Below, piece by piece: positions 57,417 to 64,000 of a stretch of 64,000 nt of DNA (position 1 is the stretch's first letter; every line of letters starts with the position of its first letter). Under the pieces are notes generated by a model that saw nothing but the letters and a program-made list of their open reading frames with translations, did not search any database and was not told the origin of the DNA. This DNA comes from Fidelibacterota bacterium (lineage in GTDB: Bacteria; Fidelibacterota; SORT01), in assembly GCA_022571215.1 (NCBI GenBank), contig JACZYG010000015.1, positions 63 through 64,062 of the forward strand. Reading direction: 5' to 3'. The position numbers and the translations under genes were made by a program.

Positions 57417-59330
57417 CTATTGAATCTGCGGATTCTCCCGCACATTCACGATAAGCGCGGTCTCTTCTAATTGACGGTCGTTCACCCTTCTGCCCATAAG
57501 GTTTGAGATGTATGTAGCGGTATCGTTTCGATTTTTGTTTTCTTTTTTAAAAATGCGCGGCAGCCTGTCAGTGAAATTATCTATTTCAAGCTCCGCGCTC
57601 CATGGTTCGAGCAGATTCCAACGTTTCGATCGAATCCTGGCTCTTATGTCTATCCCGATTTCGTCATCCTGTAACGTAATGGTATCACCGACTTCAAGCT
57701 TATCATACGGATACCCGTCCGGATCCGCCTCATACAGGTCAATTGCTGAAACGGCATACTTAATCTTCGTGTTCTTAGCCGATTGAAGGGCGTCAAATCC
57801 CTCATCCCAGAGGATTCTGGCTCCGCTTATCGGATAAAATTCGTTGGGAACGCTAAGTTTAGTGGACTTTTCGAGAATCACCGAATCTATATAGAAGTCA
57901 GTGTCAATTGAATTGGAGAGTATCTTAACGATTCCTCCGGTACCCTGCGCCGTGATTCCCTCTATTAGAAGTTGAGTCCAGACTCCGGTCAAGCTTGTTT
58001 GAGCGGTTTTTCCCGAGTTCGACGGTTGGTCAGCGACACCGTCATACAGCTCGAGTTTTACATTACCTTGAGATACATATACCCATACATATAAGGAATA
58101 TACGCTATCCACCTCGAGTGTCACGGATTGCTTCATTCCCTCTCCCGGATCCGCCTCGGTGATCAGCTGACTCTTGGAGCCGTATTTGATGAAATCAGTG
58201 TTTATGTTTTCTGTAACGGGGAACGCCGCCCCGAGCGTTACTACCGACCAGTTATCCGCTATTCCGGAGCTGTAATTTCCCGAAAAATCGGTGTTAAAAA
58301 GTAAATTTCTCGCCTCGACCCTTGATCTGTTAAAATACGTTGATTCTATCCTTCCGAAGGAATCTATCGAACCCGCATCCCTGATCTGTTTAATATCGCT
58401 CCCGGAAGCATCGGCGACTATCTTAAAGTAATCTCCCACGCTGAGTCCCGAAAACACCGTAGTGACAACCAGTTGACCCCCTGCTATCGAGTCCGTTATA
58501 AGCCTTCTCGCTCCGATTGTGGCGCTGCCTAATGCTCTTGTAATTTCCATATAGTAGTTGTTCCAGGAGTCGTCCGAAGGTACCAACCGCTGATGCGAGG
58601 AGAGTGTCGCGCCTGAAATGGAGAAAATGATATGTTCTGCGGCTTCTGTGCCGAGAACAGCATCGCCGCCTATATCCGCTGGCGGTTCTCCGCCGCCGAC
58701 AGGATACACCACGTTGAATAGTTCCCTTGTATCAATATTCCTGCGTATGCCTTTGAGGTTCCGCGCATAACGGATACGAGCCTCCTTCAGACTCCCACGC
58801 CTCTTTATGCTGACCGTTTTGTCGTTATTTACAATCAGATCGGTTCCGAGTCTCTCCCTAACCACATTAAGAAGGTCAAGAACGGAATTGTAACTTAAAA
58901 CCAGATCCAATTTGGTTGCGGGGCTTATCGTTCCCACGGAAAAAGACGATTCTCCGAGAATTTCATTTATAACCGTTGAAGGTTCCGCCTGCGCGTATGG
59001 AGTCCATTTCGGATAGACCTCGTCAAGCATATCGTATTTCAGATGTTCGCATTCAAGCCGTCCTTCCGGGGAATTGTTCCCTCTTCGCAGCTCAAGCTTT
59101 TGCCGAATCCTGAACGACTCGTAGCTCTCATCATCGAGGTTCACGACTCGAATCACTTCAAGCGGGTTTATCGAACTCCACAGCTCACTACTGAGCGTTA
59201 TCCCGATGGATAAGGTGTTTATACCGTTTAGTTCATCTACTCGTTTAGCATAGATAAGATCTGCCGTCGGAAAGATCGAACGGCGGGCGCTGTCTGATCT
59301 ATCGAAAAGTTCAAGCCTATGCTTTGTCAT
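57417..59330 (-). CDS. phage tail-tip protein, Tal-like (prophage-endopeptidase-tail N-terminal domain)
   Basis: N-terminus LELFDRS...VDELNGINTLSIGI...ESFRIRQ follows the conserved siphophage Tal/gp21 N-terminal pattern; 637 aa; immediately follows the Dit-like gene. Confidence 0.5.
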   Translation of the reverse strand: MTKHRLELFDRSDSARRSIFPTADLIYAKRVDELNGINTLSIGITLSSELWSSINPLEVIRVVNLDDESYESFRIRQKLELRRGNNSPEGRLECEHLKYDMLDEVYPKWTPYAQAEPSTVINEILGESSFSVGTISPATKLDLVLSYNSVLDLLNVVRERLGTDLIVNNDKTVSIKRRGSLKEARIRYARNLKGIRRNIDTRELFNVVYPVGGGEPPADIGGDAVLGTEAAEHIIFSISGATLSSHQRLVPSDDSWNNYYMEITRALGSATIGARRLITDSIAGGQLVVTTVFSGLSVGDYFKIVADASGSDIKQIRDAGSIDSFGRIESTYFNRSRVEARNLLFNTDFSGNYSSGIADNWSVVTLGAAFPVTENINTDFIKYGSKSQLITEADPGEGMKQSVTLEVDSVYSLYVWVYVSQGNVKLELYDGVADQPSNSGKTAQTSLTGVWTQLLIEGITAQGTGGIVKILSNSIDTDFYIDSVILEKSTKLSVPNEFYPISGARILWDEGFDALQSAKNTKIKYAVSAIDLYEADPDGYPYDKLEVGDTITLQDDEIGIDIRARIRSKRWNLLEPWSAELEIDNFTDRLPRIFKKENKNRNDTATYISNLMGRRVNDRQLEETALIVNVRENPQIQ

Positions 59331-59331
59331 A

Positions 59332-62300
59332 TTAGAGCCACTTCTTATTATAATTTAACTTTATTCCGGCGTTGGCAACTTTGTTGAACAAAACCGACTT
59401 ATTGCTATCCATATTCGGGAAGAAGGAACCTGAATCCATTGACGCTATCGCGTTCGTAAACGTGTTCGCCGTGGAATCAGCAAACTCAATCGTTTCTTTC
59501 TCGCTGTCTATCAATAACTTATCACCGTCAGATAAAGTTTTGGTCAGGCTGATTTTTGCATTGTTATTTTTAACAGGTTTGCTCTGATTCGAGTATTTCA
59601 GCGCCTCGGCAGCAGATAATTCTCTTGATAACAGATAAATTTCATCGTATATGGCATCAGGAATATTTGGCTCCGAGTTACCCACAAAATTTAATACGTT
59701 CGGATTATTTAAAAGAGCATCGGTGTTGCTGTGCGCGGCGCCAGCCACTCCGTTAATATATATCTGAACGCCGTTCATACTGCCCCAAGTGCAGACCATA
59801 CAGATTCGGTCGCCGGCATTATGAGTTGAGGCGAATATTGCTTCCCTGTTCACGCTTGCCACCCTTTTTCTAAAAGTCCAGAAATCGCCCGTAAAATCAT
59901 AATAAGCCTTCAGATAATTACTTACGTTTGCGAACAGCTCGAATATCATCGGTTCGTTTGTATCGTCAACCCAGTCAGATCCAAACATCGGCTTGAACCA
60001 TACAATAACGCTACCCTCGTTCTTATTTCCCGTCACGCTCCACGAAAGCGTGTCTCCGCCGTCTATACGCAACCCCTGACCGAACTTTTCTTGTGAATAG
60101 GAGACGATTTCGGGAGTCGCTTGTGAGGCAGCGTTTGCCGTCACAATGTCGAGTTCGATTAGGTTTACATTATCAAGAGAAAGCGTCCCTCCCGTTGTCC
60201 TGAATTGCAGGTTTTTCTTATTTCCTCCGGTAGAAGCACTCTTTATTAAGACAATATGTTTCCTAACGGTGGTTGCAAGAATGACGGACGCAATAGTTAT
60301 ATTTCCATCTTCCAACCTTAAGTCAGGAGTCCCGGAAATCGCTGTAATTTCGTAATTTAGCATATACCATGTATCATCAGTAACGCTTGAAATCACCTGA
60401 GACAATCTTATTGTGCCATCAACGTAAGTAAAGTTTGCCGTTCCGCCCGAGATTGTGAGAGTAGATGAACCGACCGGGGCTTTATCCCAGTCTGTATCAG
60501 AGCCGAAATATCCGTTTTGAACAAGGCTTGGCTGACAATCCATCTGGTCTATATATACTGTTGCGTCACCGTTAGCATTTAGTTTCCTTATTCTGAATTG
60601 GTGAGAGGAGCCGCCGTCTGCCTCAAAAGTTCCCTCAAAATAAAGCCACTTTCCCGTTGCGAAACTGACACCCATATCATCTGCGCCCGTATCGAGTCTG
60701 CGAGTCAAAACAATTGTGTTACCCACGATATCAAGTTGCAATTCGTCAGAAGCGTGAAGGGTAGATACATAGACCCAAAATCTATAAAAGTAATCCTGGT
60801 TATCTATGAGGGTGCTTGTAGGATTTTGGGCATATGCGCCGCTTGGGTCGCCCACCCAATCTAACTTAGCGGATTGAGTATCATATTTAACAATAGTAGT
60901 TTCATTGGTAATGTCAACATTTGAAGAAATCCACTCGCCAGCGGGGTTGGTCTCTTGATTGCCCGTTGAAAGTTTATTATCAACCCACGGATATTGAACG
61001 CTAACGGGTTCACCGCTTGACAGTTCACCTACCGAGAGAAGCTTTGTGTCAGGCGTAACGTAAGGCTCTGCGCCTGCGCCTGAATTGTAGAGAGCTGCTA
61101 CTTCGGCATCGGTCAACGCCCGCTCGAATATCTGCCAGTGAATTAAACCGTCAAATAACAAACCGGCATCCAAGCCGGTGTCCTGTCCCATTGATAGCGT
61201 GGAGTCCACCGCAGCGACAGCCCCTAACGCGCCCGTATCGCCGCCCTCAGCCGCATTGAGATCTATCTGAACACTGTTCGAGGAACTGTCAATATTATTA
61301 TTCAGGTCCCATCTACACAGTATAAAATACCAACTTCCCGCCGCAAAGTTCGCGGAGGTAACGGTAATTGAAGCGTTCCTATTTGTTCCTGCGGCTTTTA
61401 CATCAATGGCTAAGAGATCCGAATCGTGCTTGCGAATAACAATACTATTATTTGCATCGCCCACTTCTTCAAACAGAGAATGATTTACTCCGTCATCACC
61501 GTCAAAATAAGGCTTAACCCATAAAACTATTGTTCCCTGATATGGATTAAAATTAGCGTAATTCTGACCGTTGACATTATTCCCTCTGTCGTAATACAGA
61601 TTGTCATTATTGACTAACTGTATCGCTTTTGATCGCTGAGACGTGAGAGCTTTTCGGGTCCTATACCCGAATTTATTGGTGAAATTTCCTGATACGGTCG
61701 AGAGAGTAACATCGCTGAGGTTATCGTTATAGTCGAAGTGCGCTACTCCAACCTTGTCCCCTTCAATCAGCATAGGATTTGTGACCGCTCCGCTCACCTC
61801 GATGACCGGTTTACTCCGTACATTGCCGGTAGTGAAAACCTTGAACTCATCCGCTTTTCCCGCCATCGTAGCCTCCGTAAGCGTATTGGAAATTGCGAAC
61901 GGATCGTCACATCGGAAGCGCGCGCGGAAAAGTTTCATCTCGTTACTCATCCACTGATGGGAAATATCCGGCAATTCAAATATACCGTCAAAGACCGCAT
62001 TGTAATGCCTGTCCGGTTCATCACCGAATTCCAGCTTACCGTATTTGATTCCATCCGTTATGGACTCTTCACCGGGCGGCAGCAGCTCATCTTCCATGGC
62101 GAATAGAGACTTCAGATTCTCAATATTACTCATCAAAGTCGCATGGGAAACACCCTCGACGGTTCCCTCGATCTCAATAATTCTCGGCTTATACGTCTGC
62201 TTGAACGCCATCCTTCCATGCCGCCCGGGGATGGCGACGCTTTTAACCTCGATCGAAGGCTTACCACGCCCGCTGACATTCGTTATCTCGGTAAAGAGGT

Positions 62301-62346
62301 CACGAATAGATTTGCCGTTCCACTTGATTGAATCGGTGAATGCCAT
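59332..62346 (-). CDS. phage distal tail protein (Dit-like, Sipho_tail) extended by two LamG/concanavalin-like modules
   Basis: N-terminal ...VKSVAIPGRHGRMAF... resembles the Dit IPGRDG signature; two segments GTIVLWVKPYF...WYFILCRW and GSVIVWFKPMF...ICMVCTW look like LamG-type jelly-rolls; 1004 aa, no signal peptide. Confidence 0.5.
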   Translation of the reverse strand: MAFTDSIKWNGKSIRDLFTEITNVSGRGKPSIEVKSVAIPGRHGRMAFKQTYKPRIIEIEGTVEGVSHATLMSNIENLKSLFAMEDELLPPGEESITDGIKYGKLEFGDEPDRHYNAVFDGIFELPDISHQWMSNEMKLFRARFRCDDPFAISNTLTEATMAGKADEFKVFTTGNVRSKPVIEVSGAVTNPMLIEGDKVGVAHFDYNDNLSDVTLSTVSGNFTNKFGYRTRKALTSQRSKAIQLVNNDNLYYDRGNNVNGQNYANFNPYQGTIVLWVKPYFDGDDGVNHSLFEEVGDANNSIVIRKHDSDLLAIDVKAAGTNRNASITVTSANFAAGSWYFILCRWDLNNNIDSSSNSVQIDLNAAEGGDTGALGAVAAVDSTLSMGQDTGLDAGLLFDGLIHWQIFERALTDAEVAALYNSGAGAEPYVTPDTKLLSVGELSSGEPVSVQYPWVDNKLSTGNQETNPAGEWISSNVDITNETTIVKYDTQSAKLDWVGDPSGAYAQNPTSTLIDNQDYFYRFWVYVSTLHASDELQLDIVGNTIVLTRRLDTGADDMGVSFATGKWLYFEGTFEADGGSSHQFRIRKLNANGDATVYIDQMDCQPSLVQNGYFGSDTDWDKAPVGSSTLTISGGTANFTYVDGTIRLSQVISSVTDDTWYMLNYEITAISGTPDLRLEDGNITIASVILATTVRKHIVLIKSASTGGNKKNLQFRTTGGTLSLDNVNLIELDIVTANAASQATPEIVSYSQEKFGQGLRIDGGDTLSWSVTGNKNEGSVIVWFKPMFGSDWVDDTNEPMIFELFANVSNYLKAYYDFTGDFWTFRKRVASVNREAIFASTHNAGDRICMVCTWGSMNGVQIYINGVAGAAHSNTDALLNNPNVLNFVGNSEPNIPDAIYDEIYLLSRELSAAEALKYSNQSKPVKNNNAKISLTKTLSDGDKLLIDSEKETIEFADSTANTFTNAIASMDSGSFFPNMDSNKSVLFNKVANAGIKLNYNKKWL

Positions 62347-62478
62347 TTACACCCCTACATTAATACTGTTGATTAAGTGCTTTCACTCTCTGGTAAATTG
62401 TCAGGTTGATAAAATCAAATTGCCTTCTCATAGAACTTTAATGTAAATTTGAAAGTTAAAATAGATCATGGATAAATT

Positions 62479-63363
62479 ATGAAACAAGGCACTGAGTTTG
62501 AATTATTAACAACAGACCTCTTCTCACAGCTATCGAAGGATAGAGAGTTTGAATCAGTTCAGCATGATGTTATGCTTGATGGTCTTGATGGAAAAAGGCA
62601 GATTGATGTTTTACTGACAGGAAAAGTTGGTCCATTTGAAGTTAAAACAATAATCGAGTGTAAAGATTATTCTAAAAATTTGAATATCATGGAAATAGAT
62701 GCGCTTCATTCAAAGATGCTTGATGTTAAGGCTCAAAAAGCTGTGTTAGTAGCAAGAAAAGGTTTTTCACGAAAAGCAGTAATAAAGGCCAAAAGATTAG
62801 GCATTTCTCTATGCACAGCCCATAGCGCTTCAAAAGAAAAATGGAAATTTGCTCTTGAACTTCCTCTTGTAATTACGGAGTATGCCTGTGAGAAATCATC
62901 ACCAAGTTTTGAATTTACTGCAATTGGAAATTCGCTTAACTTACAATCAATAACAAATTTTAATGATATTCCACTTGCTAAAATAATTGCAAACTACTGG
63001 AATGATACAGAAATAGAGTGTGAAGATGGCATGAATAAGCATAAATTTTACCCTGATATTCCCAAGCCTCAGTGGATAACTGTCCCTGATGGTAGAAAAA
63101 TGGAGATTAAAAATTTTCACATAACTTTGCACATACAAAAATCCTATTATTTTGGATACTTCAATAATATTGTGTCAGCTAAATATCTTCAATTTCACGA
63201 TGAAAATAAACGCCATGTCATTTTTAATCCAAGAGACTTGTCAGATTACCGAAAAACCTTTGCGAGATTTACTAATAGAATAGAATTACCTCCAATCAAA
63301 AACATCATGTTTATTGGCGTTAAATTATTGTACAACCCCAACGCAGAAATCAAACTTAAGTAA
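62479..63363 (+). CDS. Mrr-cat-type restriction endonuclease domain protein (AT-rich, likely horizontally acquired)
   Basis: KRQIDVLL...EVKTIIECKDYSKNLNIMEIDALHSKMLDVKAQKAVLVARKGFS matches the PD-(D/E)xK Mrr N-terminal fold (D...ExK); the gene is about 33% GC against about 48% for its flanks. Confidence 0.55.
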   Translation: MKQGTEFELLTTDLFSQLSKDREFESVQHDVMLDGLDGKRQIDVLLTGKVGPFEVKTIIECKDYSKNLNIMEIDALHSKMLDVKAQKAVLVARKGFSRKAVIKAKRLGISLCTAHSASKEKWKFALELPLVITEYACEKSSPSFEFTAIGNSLNLQSITNFNDIPLAKIIANYWNDTEIECEDGMNKHKFYPDIPKPQWITVPDGRKMEIKNFHITLHIQKSYYFGYFNNIVSAKYLQFHDENKRHVIFNPRDLSDYRKTFARFTNRIELPPIKNIMFIGVKLLYNPNAEIKLK

Positions 63364-63468
63364 TACTTCATTATTAGTTACTAAACGCAAAAGTAGCAAA
63401 TGACCGTCATTGCCTAACAGCCAATTGTGGACGAAGTAATCCCAATGTTGCAGTTTGAGAAATCCCGC

Positions 63469-64000
63469 TTACCGTCTCATTGAGTTCGCCAATTCTAAGT
63501 TATTCAGATAGACTTGCAGCGCGTTTTTCTTCCGGGTTACAGGTCCGAGCCTGTCGCTAAGTTTTTTCAGCCGCGCGTCACGAAGTTTCCTGAATTTATC
63601 CTCGATGACCTGCATAGATGCGCTATCCTTCTCCATGTCGCCCACCGCTAACGGATTGCTCTTCAGCTTCACGGTTGGCCAGACCGATTCGAAATAGTTG
63701 ATTAGCCGGGTATTGTTCTCCGCAAGCGCGGTTTTATACTTCTCTATTGCCTCGAGCGGGTAGTGCCGTATCTGTTTGGTGAGTTCACGCTGTTCCTCTA
63801 TCTGAGCGATCTTCCGCAGGTTCATAGCCGTCTCCAACGCAAGCTTCCGGCTGACCTTATCGTCTGTCAGCACCGCGTCTCTGATTGACGTTTGCGCTTC
63901 TTTCAGAAGATTCCGATACGCCCCTTCTTCTTCATCATCGGCGTAGATGATAGACTGCTCCTCCGCGCGCAACGCCGTGAGACTGTTTTGTATCGCTGCG
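63469..64000 (-). CDS. hypothetical alpha-helical/coiled-coil protein, partial (runs off the window end)
   Basis: The reading frame stays open upstream of the annotated TTG start to position 64000, so it is probably the C-terminal part of a longer protein. Confidence 0.35.
   Translation of the reverse strand, partial: AAIQNSLTALRAEEQSIIYADDEEEGAYRNLLKEAQTSIRDAVLTDDKVSRKLALETAMNLRKIAQIEEQRELTKQIRHYPLEAIEKYKTALAENNTRLINYFESVWPTVKLKSNPLAVGDMEKDSASMQVIEDKFRKLRDARLKKLSDRLGPVTRKKNALQVYLNNLELANSMRR

Overview
The window is a 64-kb chromosomal segment with about 48% GC. A T9SS-type C-terminal sorting domain on one secreted protein suggests an FCB-superphylum-like, likely uncultured, lineage. Gene density is high and most genes are housekeeping or envelope functions. 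Recognised genes: a glycolytic cluster (pfk, pgk, tpiA) followed by secG and tRNA-Leu; a potassium-uptake pair (trkA, trkH); murA, recN, nnr and acpS; M16 and DUF885 peptidases; a TolC/RND efflux pair; two ECF sigma-factor modules; a two-component system; and tRNA-Gln. Three things stand out. First, intergenic regions are saturated with a mosaic of short palindromic repeat modules: a roughly 53-bp nested palindrome present in four copies, MITE-like elements of 100-140 bp with GTCATTGCGAGG terminal inverted repeats, G/C-rich hairpins of the CCCCTCCTT-loop-AAGGAGGGG type, and a conserved roughly 60-nt double hairpin. Many six-frame ORFs in those spacers are spurious. Second, a tightly coupled operon encodes a crotonase, a LeuA-like lyase, a DUF1611 (DgcN-like) protein, an enolase-superfamily epimerase (DgcA-like) and a PBP4 carboxypeptidase, pointing to D-amino-acid or peptidoglycan-peptide recycling. 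Third, there is an orphan siphophage-type Dit-Tal tail module next to a strongly AT-rich Mrr-like restriction endonuclease gene. No CRISPR array, integrase or transposase was seen.
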